Assembly: GCA_964016885.1 (NCBI GenBank)
Contig: OZ024743.1
Span: 173,042,001-173,106,000 of the forward strand
DNA from: Eledone cirrhosa
Taxonomy: Eukaryota
Length of the DNA: 64,000 bases
Direction: 5' to 3'
Both the position numbers and the translations under genes were made by a program. This document shows, in pieces, positions 48,362 through 60,300 of the stretch (positions within the stretch are counted from its first letter, which is position 1; each line of letters starts with the position of its first letter). The notes beneath the pieces are model-generated. The model was not told the origin of the DNA. It did not search any database and was given only the letters and a program-made list of their open reading frames with translations.

Positions 48362-48401
48362 CGTCCTGACGATGGCCAGTTAAGCGTGAAATGCATAGAC
48401 G
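48362..48401 (+). ncRNA. Minimal hammerhead ribozyme (family I); second copy 56883-56922
   Basis: CGTC-CTGACGA-tGGC cagttaa GC(G/C)t-GAAA TGCA TA-GACG with palindromic ATGCAT; each copy has one different mismatch; nested in a longer flanking hairpin. Confidence 0.7.
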
Positions 48402-48687
48402 GTTGTCCCCCTTGCTTCTGCTGGACCCACCAGAGGGCGTTAGCTGCCCGGTGTTTAAATAGCTATGGCTTCCTAAAACCGTATTTCTTTGAAGATACGA
48501 AATTTCTATACATCTCCTTATAATATATAACCAGCAATTTCTCTGTCTGTCTGTCCGACAGTGGAAACACGTGCGCGCGTGCGAATGTTTTTTGCGCACG
48601 CGTAGAGAGAGAATGAGAGTGAAAGAAAGAGACAGACTACAAGAGGGGGATAGCGGGAGGGAGAGAGAGGGGAATTGAGGAGTGCTA

Positions 48688-48885
48688 CAGAAACATATAT
48701 ACATTTCTGTGTGTGTGTAATATATATATATATATACACACACAGAAATATATATATATACACACAGAAATATATATACATTTCTGTGTGTGTAATATAT
48801 ATATATATACACACACAGAAATATATATACATTTCTGTGTGTGTAATATATATATATTACACACACAGAAATGTATATATATTTC

Positions 48886-48922
<37 letters not shown>

Positions 48923-49706
48923 TACACACACAGAAATGTATATATATTTCTGTGTATATATATATATATATATATTACACACACAGAAATGTATATATAT
49001 ATACACACAGAAATATATATACATCCCTTAGCTACTGTACTGTATCTGTTGCTATCTCTCTCTCTCTCTCCAACTATCCCTCTCTTTTAGTCTGTCTGTT
49101 TCTCTCACTCTCACTCTTTCTCTTTGTAACACACTAACATTCCTCCCCTCTATCGCTGTGACGAATGGGGAGATGGAGGAGTGGGGGGGGGGGAGAGTCA
49201 CTTCGTCACTTCACCTCTGCCTTTCTTTCTCTCCCCTCTCACTCCCTCATTACGTACAGACATTAGGGCGGTGGATTGGCAGAATCTGTAGAGAGTCGGA
49301 CACCATGCTTCATAGCATGGAGTTACGTCCCTTTACGGTCTGAGTTCAAATACCGCCGAGGTTAACTTTGCCTTTCATCCTCACGGGGTCGATAAAATAA
49401 AGTACCAGTAATGTACTGGGTAATTTCTGGCCTTGTGCCAAAAGTAGAAACAATTATTAGAAACATTGCTTCATTTTTACATATCTAAGCATTAGTAAAA
49501 TAACTAATAATTTCAAAAGTAATTTTTCAATTCCTTTGTTATGAACAGCAAAACATTAATAATAATTTTGTTCTAAGAAATAGATATACATTTCTGTGTG
49601 TGTAATATATATATATATATATACACACACAGAAATATATATACATTTCTGTGTGTGTAATATATATATATACACACAGAAATATATATACATTTCTGTG
49701 TGTGTA

Positions 49707-49739
<33 letters not shown>

Positions 49740-49766
49740 GAAATATATATACATTTCTGTGTGTGT

Positions 49767-49804
<38 letters not shown>

Positions 49805-49810
49805 GAAATA
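48688..49810. repeat. Two arrays (about 48688-49021 and 49577-49810) of a palindromic minisatellite
   Basis: Unit ACACACAGAAAT-atatatac-ATTTCTGTGTGTGT separated by (TA)n. Confidence 0.8.
49266..49459 (+). mobile_element. tRNA-derived SINE nested in the Helitron
   Basis: Homologous to 11999-12191. Confidence 0.85.
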
Positions 49811-50552
49811 TATGGGCATTTCTCTGTTTGTCTGTCTGTCTGTCCTTCCCTAAAACTCAAATGTAGGTGCTACAGAAATATTACCTTCCCCTTCCTTTCT
49901 CCACTTTGGTATTACCAAGAGAAACACTGTCGCTATATAAACATTACCTTCCCCTCTCCACTGACTTTGGTCACTGAGGCCGAGGGAATCGCCGGTTGCT
50001 ATAGAGACACCTTGCACAAGCCAGAAGTAACCAGTTCGAGGCGGTTCTGACTTGACACCATGCCAAGGACCATTTGAAGAAGGTTGCCATTGAATTTGTG
50101 GTTTGAAGAAGGTTGCCATTGAATTTGTGGTTGTTGCTGCTGATAATAAGGACCATTTGAAGAAGGTTGCTGCTGATGAGGTAATTTATTAATCAGATTG
50201 CGCAGTTCCATAACCTACGTTTGATTTGTTCAATTTTTTTCTTCAATTTTTTTTGTTGTTTTTTTTTTATTTCTTATTGAAAAAATATAAATAATAAAAT
50301 AAGGTTAGAAATTTAAATACAATTAAATACGATTTAATTTCCATTTCCAGCAGCCAATGTCCAGTGTTCAATTTCATGAAAAAATTGGAAATAATTCAAA
50401 AAATTGAAGTTTAACTTTTGAACATTTGTTTTGACAATAAAAAAATATTTCCTTATTCACACCTAATGGTATGATTAAAATTTCATAGGAATATTTTTTT
50501 CTAACCGCCAGTTATTTAAATATTATTAAAAATAATTTTTTTTTTAAAAAGA

Positions 50553-52074
50553 ATGGAAGATTTTGTGGATTTTTTTACCACCTTCCAAACCTTAAACACT
50601 AATTCTCGCGAATTTGTGTTTTGTAATGACCCTCAGGACGCTGCTATTGTTGATTCCAATAGTGCCTGGTATTCGAATATGTTAGTATACAATTTTTTGA
50701 ATAAAATTAAGGCACAATTAGAGCTGCCAAACAAAATTTTTTTCGGCTTCGGCCCATATTATTTTTGGAAAAGTTCTATTGGCTCTAATGAGTCTGCCTC
50801 TGTTGGCGTTATTTGCGACAGTCACCATTTCTTGACTTTCAAGTTTGGTTATGCAGACTCATTACCTGGCAGATTCGGGTCTTCACTTCAAAAATTTTGA
50901 CTTTTTTGATCGGATTAAATATTACCTTGATGATGGACACAGGGCTACAGTGAAAAAAATTGGAATTCTGAATGGATTCAAAACTTTTTCCTTGACCCAG
51001 AATTTCGTTTTTAGGTTCAGGGTTCTAAATGTGCAGCAGCAGACTAATGGAACTGATTGTGGTCTTTTTGCAATTTTATATTCTTTGATATGGGTTCTAA
51101 ATTCTAATCCCACAACTTTTGAGTTTTCCACTCAGAATCAAATTAATCTGCTCAGAAAATTTTTCAGGGATTGCTATAATATCAATAAAATTTTAGAGTC
51201 TAATTTTTTAAATCGCAGGGAAGTTGTGAATCCCATTTTATATGAGAATGTTTTTGTTTTCGACCCTATTAGAAAAACTCTTTCTAATTTAAATCAACTA
51301 GGTCTGGCTGCACACCTATCTGACCCCTTGATGATAAATTTCCAAGAAAATCATTATGGAAAAACCTCAACCTTTCTGTCCAACCCGGTTTTAGCTCAAA
51401 TCCCAACTATAAAAGGCAATAAAAAGCCAATTATAATTGAGGAAGATCAAAAAAGTCCAAAAATAACCAAAACTGGAAACGAATTGCCTGGAATCACTGC
51501 AGACGTATTGCCAGCTGCGGTAGTTTCGCCTCCATCTGATAAAACTTTGCCGCCTGCAAAACCGACAGAAGATTCCAAACGCAAGCCCAAATATTTTTTG
51601 GATCCAGTTTTGGTTGCTGAGTATATGGCTCAGCATAAGTGCACCGAAGCCTCTGCGAAAACAGCTTTACGCAGAAAAGCTCAAAAGGCCTCTGAAACCG
51701 AGTCGCAAAGAAATAAGCGACTTGAAAAGCAGCGAGAAGATAGGCAGCGTTCTAGGGGTCAGGAGTCTAAGGACTCAAAAGGCATAAGGAAGGAAAAAAA
51801 CCGTGAGCATAAAGATGCTACTCGGCAATCTGAGACTACCGAAGAACGGGAAATCAGATTGAACAAGGACAAAGTTGGGCACTCTGAGGCCTATTACAAT
51901 AGGACCTTCAAAAAGGACCCAAAATACTTCCGTATTGCTTTTAAGCCCAACGGTAGGTATATGTCCAGCGTTGAGGCGATGTGGTGGTTACTCTGCCTGG
52001 CCCAATACGGAATGTACCCCTCGATCCTAAAGCTGGATATCCACCTCGAAGGGAAACAAAAAGTTTTTTTATGA
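50553..52074 (+). pseudogene. Helitron ORF N-terminal part: Ulp1/SENP-like (C48) cysteine protease, charged STPR-like repeats, post-Rep segment
   Basis: Triad-like DSHHF, YADSL, QQQTNGTDCGLFAI split by a frameshift near 50890; SETESQRNKRL / SETTEEREIRL repeats; GRYMSSVEAMW...LDIHLEGKQKVF. Confidence 0.75.
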
Positions 52075-52115
52075 CCCCAAGTTAGCTAAACCCGATTCAA
52101 AAATCCAAGACGAAA

Positions 52116-54208
52116 TTGACCGAATTTTTCACTCTCAATCGAGAAGATGAAAAGGCCAACAATTTTTTGTATTTGGATATTCCGAAATTTTACGTCTGGA
52201 TGGTCCAAGAAAGGTTTTGGAAGCGTCGAGTACAGGGCGAGAATGATCCTGAGTTCAGCATGCCCAGGGGTGATCAGATATCCCGCATGCCGAACATTTT
52301 ACCAAACTCAGCTGGTAATCAGGAAACCTTCGCCCTCTACCTTTTGCTTTTAAAAACAAAAGGTCCCAAGTGCTACACCGATCTCAGAACAGTAGGCGAT
52401 CAAGTTTTTCCGACCTTCAAAGAGGCAGCAGTATTCCGCAAGCTCATGGAGGCGGACAACGAAATCAGTTTAGTATTGCATGATGCTCAGATTTCGATGA
52501 GCCCTCGCATGATGCGGAGGATGTTCGCAATGCTTATCCACTTTTGTAAGCCGACTGACGCCCTGTCACTGTGGAATGACCACAAAGACTGGATGTCACA
52601 TGATTTAGCCCGAGCAGACCCCACTGCTGATGTGGATATCATACACAATAGGGCATTGCACCAGGTTTACGCTTACCTGCTAAATTACGGGACCAAAATG
52701 GATACTTGCAACCTTCCCCAGCCAATCGAGGAGGTTAGAGTGCCCGAGAATCAGAAAATTGGGATTTCTTATGAGAGCACAGCAAGCTCGGAGTCCATTT
52801 TGGAGGTTGAAAACTCCCTGAATGCTGATCAGCGGGCGCTCTATGACTCCGTATTGGAATCGGTGAGGCAGAATTCGGGAAAAGACTTTTTCGTGGACGC
52901 ACCCGGGGGAACTGGCAAGACTTATCTTATCAATGCGATAGTAGAAAAGGTTGCCAGTGAGGGTTACAAGGTGACTGCTTGCGCCTCATCTGGCATTGCG
53001 GCACTATTGCTTAAAGGCGGCACAACCTTGCACTCAAGGATGAAGTTGCCTTTGAATCCGCAAGATAAAACAGCGATTAGTATCCAGAAGGGATCAAAAC
53101 TCGCAAAGGAACTTGCGAAACTTGACCTGATTATTTGGGACGAGGCCCCCATGTTCAGTAGGGACCTGATGGAGTTTTTGGATAAAACTCTAAGATTCGT
53201 CCGCGGAGGGGTGGAACCATCCAAGAAAACCTTCGGAGGTGTCACCATGCTACTCTCCGGCGATTGGCGACAAGTTCTCCCAGTTGTTCCTAATGGAGAG
53301 CGACCACAAATTGTCGCTTCTACTTTAAAAAATCACCCATCGTGGGATACTTTCAACATTTTCAAGTTGAATACAAACATGAGGGTCAACGGGGTCGATC
53401 AGGCTTCCATTGATTTTAAAACCCTCCTTTTGAGGATTGGGGATGGTGTCGCCAATCGCAGACAGGACAATCGGAGGACCCACGACTTTGAAGTTCCCCC
53501 TCAGTTTCTCATGACAGGTGACACGCCTGACCCATTGATAGATAGGATATACCCTAATGGGTCAACTAGGTTGGGTGAGAATGATTATGTAAATTGGGTG
53601 ACCAATCGCGCAATCATTATGAGATCAATCAAAAAGTCCTTGACAGATTTCCTGGTAGGGAAATAGTAATCCCTTCGTTTGATCGTAACCACGAGCAAAC
53701 AGACCGAAAGCATCATGTTTCAGTGGACACTTTGAACTCGATAGTTCTTCTTGGAATGCCGGATCACCCTTTGAAACTGAAGATAGGTGCTCCGGTTATT
53801 CTGCTCAGAAACATATGTCCCGCCGAGGGACATTGCAACGGTACTCAATACGTTGTAAAAAATATCCACCCACGAATACTCGAACTCGAAGTAGCGGTGG
53901 GCCCTCGGAAGGGACAATTGTTTCATTTGCCTAGAATTGAGCTTCATAGCGAAGAAGGGAGGGTTCCATTCGATTTTTACCGGAAACAGTTTCCTGTTAA
54001 ATTATCGTTTGCGATGACCTCCAACAAATCACAAGGGCAGACCATTACCCATGTTGGTATAAGCTGCCTGAATGATTTCTTTTCGCATGGCCAGTTCTAT
54101 GTTGCAATAAGCAGGGTAACAAATCCGGCAAATGTTACGACTTTAGTTCCCGAAAACCAGAATGATGTAGGAAAAAATGTTTGTTTTCCTGAGGTTTTTA
54201 GGAACTAA
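52116..54208 (+). pseudogene. Helitron PIF1-family (SF1B) helicase, frameshifted near 53615
   Basis: DAPGGTGKT, ASSGIAALLL, IIWDEAPM, GDWRQVLPV, LNTNMR, LKIGAPVILLRN, RKQFPVKLSFAMTSNKSQGQT, FSHGQFYVAISRV. Confidence 0.9.
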
Positions 54209-54234
54209 AGTGTAACAATGTATTCATCGTTTAT

Positions 54235-54346
54235 GCCAAACTGATGAGTCCTAAAAAGGACGAAATACCTTATTTTTTTAAAAACGAAATCGAGGAGAAA
54301 CAACCTTTCTAATTCTGATTTTGTTAAAAATTGAGGTATCTTTGGC
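54235..54346 (+). ncRNA. Type I hammerhead ribozyme in the Helitron 3' UTR, predicted cleavage after C54340 (AUC)
   Basis: GCCAAA-CTGATGA-GTCC taaaaa GGAC-GAAA-TACCTTA...TGAGGTA-TC-TTTGGC; all core positions intact. Confidence 0.9.
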
Positions 54347-56093
54347 TAACAAAATTAAATTCTAATTAAAATATTAATAGGAAAAAAATTCAAACAAAGT
54401 GATGATTGACTCGCTTGGTAATTGACTCTGTTGATAATTGGCTCTCTTGATAACTCTCTTGATGCTTCTCATCTCTTGGTAATTTTAAAATATTAATTAA
54501 AAATAATAATTATTCAACAAATTATTATATAAGCTTTATAAAAAAAATAGATATACAAAACTGATATACAAAAATAGATATACATATCTGTCTGTCTGTG
54601 ATGCAGCAACTTTTGATCCGCAAAGCCGATTTTCAATTTTTCTTTTGTAATCAACCATAAATTTATCAGGGCAGGTCGGCACAATATTGCGAATAATTGA
54701 CAACCGCTTTTTTTTAGGTAAAAAATCGATAAAACTGACAATGGGTCAAACTTTGCACAGGTTTCTTCCAATCTCTCACTACAGGCTGTGTGTATGTCGG
54801 CATCTGTTTTTAATGATGGTTCATATATCTTATTTCTTTGAAATTTTTTTACAGAGCTTCTTCTAGCATAAGACCTGTAATTGAGCGGCACAGGTTTTCA
54901 AAAATCGATATTGCGGCCTTTGGAGATATATCAAAATTTGGATTATTTTTGCCAATGTTCGTGATTAAGTATGACAAGAGTTATCTTTCTCCGCGACCAG
55001 CGTCTCCGATTTCGAACGCTGGTTTACACACACATACATTAAAAGTTATTTAAGTTTATGCCATCACGCGCTTTTAATGTTGTAAAAAAAATGTTTACCG
55101 GATAACGGATAACACCGAGCTCACATATTAATTATTTCGCTGGAATAGTGCCTAAAGTTTTCATGTTTACATAAAGTACGTATTTCTTCTATGTATTCAA
55201 ATTTACTTTGTTTACTTTAATGAGCTACATCGAAAGCTACTTCACCCGTCCAAAGGACGGGTACTAGATAGTCTACTTATAATATATAATGGGCATTTCT
55301 CTGTTTTTTTTGTCTGTCCGTCTGTAAAAAATGCCAAGGAAACAAATAGACGCGGTTTCAAATCTCTATGCTTTTCAAATTCATTACATTAATCTTTATT
55401 TATACGTTTCGCTTTACGAGTGTTTCGACTTACGAGTGTTTCGGCTTACGAGTGTTTCGGCTTATCATTATATATAAACGTTTCTATTTCCACCGTTTTA
55501 TCGTAAACGTTTATATATTTCCATCGTTATATCATAACGTTTATGTATCATAACGTTTATATTTCCGTCACTAATCTCTTTTTCTCCTTTTTCGTTTTAA
55601 CATATATTTATTTCAAAGATTTCACCGTATAGATAACATATATATTTATACATGCATAAAAGACACACCGAGAGACGGTGAACATGTGGTGCCGAAAACA
55701 TTTCTCATCCAAATCTCAACAATATCAGTATATACACTAGATTTGCTAGCAGAAAACCGCCCACCGGGTGGTTTTCTGCTAGTCTATATATATAAAACTG
55801 AGGATGTCTGTCTGTGTGTGTGTGCGTTTGAATCCCTAAAACTCGAGAACCACCCAACCGACTCTTTTCAAACTTTACACATGTAATACTTATGTTTCAG
55901 GGAGTGTTCTGAGCAAAATAAATTTCAAATTTGCAATGCCCTAGGGACCGCATTAGGCGATTTAGCGATCTCTCTCTATAATTCTTAATTTTTCTCTTTT
56001 TAGACAGATACATACATATAACGTCGCGCCCTTATAATATCTGTCTGTATGTCTGACTGTCTGCATTACGTCACTTCCCTTAGGATGTCTGTC

Positions 56094-56187
<94 letters not shown>

Positions 56188-57247
56188 TGTGAGTTTGAAT
56201 CCCTAAATCTCGAGAAGTACCCAACCGACTTTTTTCAAATTTTACATATGTATTACTTATGTTTCAGGGAGTGTTATGTTTCAGGGAAAGTTACGTCAGA
56301 CTGATTTCCTTGAAATTGTAACTATGTATTAGTCAGTCTCTTCTTCGTAGCGTAAGCAAAGAAAATCCAACTTTTTTATGGCCTAGGGCCCGCATTAGGT
56401 GAAAAACTTCATTTTTTCATCTTTTTAGGGCTCTTTTGAGGCGTTACGTCTAGCCGATTTTCCCGAAATTTCAAGACATAATATGCACATTAAAAAAATT
56501 CATTTTCTTGATCGCTTAGGGCTCGCATTAGGTGAAAACCTGCATTTTTCCTGCTTCATCGAGGAAAATCTTAAAGATTATCCAGCCATCAGATTATTCG
56601 GTTTATTTTCTTTACATATTGTCCACGCATGTAGTTTTTCCATGATTAGGTCTGTTGGCGTCCCGCATTCCAAAATACCTTATCCCGTGCAACGCCGGGT
56701 ACCACTGCAAGTATTATATAAAGCTATGCTTGAAGCGAAATCTTATTTCTTTTCTATTATAAGTTGAGCCAACCTATGCAGCTTCATATGCAAATGAGAT
56801 TAATCACCTCATTTACACAGATAAGAAAACTATATATTCTCGGCTGTCTTCTAGTCCAGCAGTAGCAAGCTGTGGGAGGGGTCATCCTGACGATGGCCAG
56901 TTAAGCCTGAAATGCATAGACGGTTGTCCCCCTTGCTTCTGCTGGACATCACCAGAATGTTCGACGAATCCATACGTACATATATATATGTGTGCATGTA
57001 TGTATATATATATATACATACTACTGTACGTCTGTATACATATATGTATGTACGTGTACATACTTATATTTAAGAAACAGCCGTACTAAGAGTGGGAAAT
57101 GAAATTTCGTTTCATTTTTTCCGTTTATCATTTTCGGTGCACCCGGTCGATTAACCCACTCGATATGCAAATTAGGCTGCTCAACCGTTAATATGCATAA
57201 GGAAAGTATATACTTTCAGACGTTCAATCATCTGGCAGGAAGGTATA

Positions 57248-57288
57248 CGTTGCTGACGATACCTAATAAGCTTGAAACTAGTACAGCG
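57248..57288 (+). ncRNA. Minimal HHR (family C copy with a stem II mismatch)
   Basis: CGTTG-CTGACGA-tACC taataa GCTt-GAAAC TA GTA-CAGCG. Confidence 0.65.
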
Positions 57289-57382
57289 TTCCTTTGTCAG
57301 TGTTGAACAAACGAGAACGATGGTTGCTAGACACTACGGCTTAATACGGGATGTTTGTTTACAAACACACCGAGCATTATAA

Positions 57383-60300
57383 TAAACAAAACCCCAAAAT
57401 ATACCCCTCCCCAATAACATGGACGAGGACCCCGTATCAACGTCACCCAGTGACGACGAGGGAGAACCCTTTCAACCAGTAAAAAGAACCTCCCGAAAAC
57501 ATAACACGTACTACAAAACGCAAACACACACAAGAACAACAAACAAAAACAAACACAACACAACAAAAACATTATACATACATCAATACAAACAACAAAA
57601 CACTTGTACAAACAATAGACAAAGACCCTTCGGTGGAAACCGAAGGGAAAATGCTCACCAACGCGGCGAATAAACCGCATTTAAAAATGATTAGGGTCCC
57701 AAGCTCAAACAATACTTTCCCGAGGACGTGGGGAACCCCTGTACTAGACCTTCCAACCGCGTCCTTTTGAAATGTTTCCCCACCCCCACCCCAGACACCC
57801 CCACCCCACCACACACTGATGTCCCCACCACACCCCAAACCACCACCCCACCAAACAACCCCATCCAACACCCCCATGGAAATTGTGCAGCCTGGTCCCC
57901 AGGAGACAGAAAGGTAGGTGTCTTTTCTTTTTCTACACTTTAACTCTTCACCACCAACATGGCTGTTATAAGAGTTGGATGTTTAAATGTGCGCGGCCTG
58001 GGGATGCCCTGGAAGCAGGGCAAACTCTTAAATGACCTCAGGTCGCACAGAATGGATGTAATAGCTATTTGCGAGTCCAGGATCAGCAGCAAGCACCAAC
58101 TGGCCCCCATCTTCGACGACTTTGAGATCTATGCATCTCTCTATCAGCCGGGGGTGGGGGTGGGGTTGTCGTTCTGCTGCGAAAACACTTGGGCCTCGCA
58201 ACACGGAAGGTACACCTGGACCCGGAGGGTCGACTGGTGTCCAGAGACTTTTCTGGGAACGTCCCGCTCCTTGCTTTTAGTGGGGGACTGGAATGGTATC
58301 CTGGATGCACGTTGGGACTATGTAGGGGGGCATGTCCCGATAAAGGGGGTGTAACAGCCTCAAACGGTTAATCAGCCGATTTGACCTGGCCGATAGATAT
58401 CGACAAGATTTTCCGACTGTGCCACTGTGGACGTGGACTAATCTTAGCGGAATATCTAGGTCGTACCTAGATAGGTTCCTAGTTAAAAATAAGGATAGGG
58501 ACATATTAAGCTGTCCACGAATGTTCATGGTTGACTATTCAACCTTGATAGAACCCATAGACAGGGACCCGGTTACTGGAAGCTAAACTTGTCCTTACCA
58601 ACAAACAAAGCTTACAGTAAACGGATTAGCACTTTAGTTAAGCAGCGGTTGACGGGGCAATTGTCAACAGCAGGTGGTGGGGTTCTCTCAAGAGAGCAAT
58701 TAGAATAGAATCGATAGGTTTTAGTCAGGAATTAGCGTTAGATAGGAATAGAACTGAAAGGGAATTGATAGATAGAGTAGAAGAGGCGATTAGGAGTGGC
58801 AACGTGGCCGGCGTGCTGGCGTCAAGAACGGACCTAGGCCAGTTCTTTGACGCGAAGCACGAGGGCTGCGTTGTCAGGAGTAAAATACGCGCTCTGGGTA
58901 ACGAGGGAGCCAAAGCTGTTAGCTGGGCCCGAGTGACAGAGGCAAAAAGTGGAAACAAGTCCACGATTCGGTCTTTGAAGGACCAGGATGGACGTGTGAT
59001 CCTTGAACCTGAGCGGATATGCGCGGCCTTTCAGCGGCACTTTGCACGACTGTTCGGGAGGAGCGGCGGGCCGGGTGAGACCATGGATTTCGGTCCATAC
59101 CTCGACGGTCTGCCGCGGCTCTCGGACGGGGAGGCGAAGTCCTGCGAAAGGCCGATTTCAGCTGCTGAAATAGGGGAAGCGCTGAGCCGATGCAGCAAAC
59201 GCAAATCTCCGGGTCTTGATGGTCTACCATACGAACTTTATGTAGCGATGCCGGACTTGTTCTCCGATCTCCTCGAGGCGGTCTACTACAACTGGCAACA
59301 GAAAGGGAGAATTCCCAGTTCTGTGACCAAGAGGGGTGACATAGATAACTTCCGTCCCATAACTCTTCTAAATACAGAGTTAAAGATTTTGGCCAAGGTG
59401 TTAGCGAAGAAGTTGGCGCTTGTCGTCGGGAACCTGGTGGAGAAGCGCAGACATGCGCAATCCCGTCCAGGTCCATACACGACAACCTCCACCTCATGCG
59501 ATACATCGTAGAGAGGGTAGGGAATGAACCCGACTTTGGTGGGGCCCTGATCAACTTGGATCAATCTAAGGCGTTCGATAGGGTCGACCATCGGTACCTG
59601 GATGCGGTGTTCGCGGCGGCAGGCTTCGGACCCGTTTTTAGGGGCTGGATTGCTGCAATGCACAGCAGCAACAGCTGTTCGAGTGTCAAGGTGAACGGCT
59701 ACCTCTCGGAGCCGTTCCAAATCACGCGATCCATCCGACAGGGATGCCCTCTCTCCTCCCTTCTGTATGTACTTGCTCTTGAGCCACTACTGCGGAAGTT
59801 GGAGCTGTCACAGGGCATCCCCTTGGAACCGGGATTGCGGAAAGCGGTGTCAGCTTACGCCGATGACGTGACAGTAATGGTGTCGTGTGCCTCGGAAAAC
59901 GGGGTGATCGGAACCTTACTGGAGGAATACGAAAGGATTACAGGAGCCAAGCTGAACCGGGACAAGTCCGTCGGTTTTCAACTCAGAACGTGGAGAAGCA
60001 AACCGATGCCCTCCGACGGCGTCGTCGGACGCTGGACGAAGGGACCGGTGAAGCTGCTCGGGGTCTGATTCGAACCATACCTCCAGGTGGAGAAAAACTG
60101 GGACGAGGTAACGGGCAGGGTGTTTGCACTCGCCCAGAAGTGGGCTGAATGCAAACTATCATTGAAAGGTCGAGCGGAGGTGGTGAACACTTATATAGCG
60201 TCCGTCATCTACTACCGCTTGACTGTCGTGCCTTGACCAGCGAAAACGCTCGCTAAAATGGAGCGCGCGCTCTTCCAATTCCTTTGGAAGAAGCGGACCC

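Larger units (their letters stand above)
48513..56711 (+). mobile_element. Composite tandem Helitron insertion (at least three units)
   Basis: 5' TC at 48513; hairpin plus CTAG-like ends at 55244-55271, 55746-55782 and 56684-56711; new TC starts at 55272 and 55783; inserted at A|T with no TSD (empty site at about 32817-32840). Confidence 0.85.

Noticed and set aside
47467-48523. Two ORFs of about 230 aa
   Set aside because: Low-complexity pyrimidine/CA-rich sequence leading into the family I pLTR; overlapping frames with no domain motifs.
48688-49810. CRISPR-like array of palindromic repeats
   Set aside because: Spacers are just (TA)n, the context is eukaryotic and no cas genes are present. 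The same applies to the loose repeats at 15870-16330.
52116-54208. Host PIF1 helicase gene
   Set aside because: Intronless, frameshifted, preceded by Helitron-specific segments and enclosed by Helitron termini.
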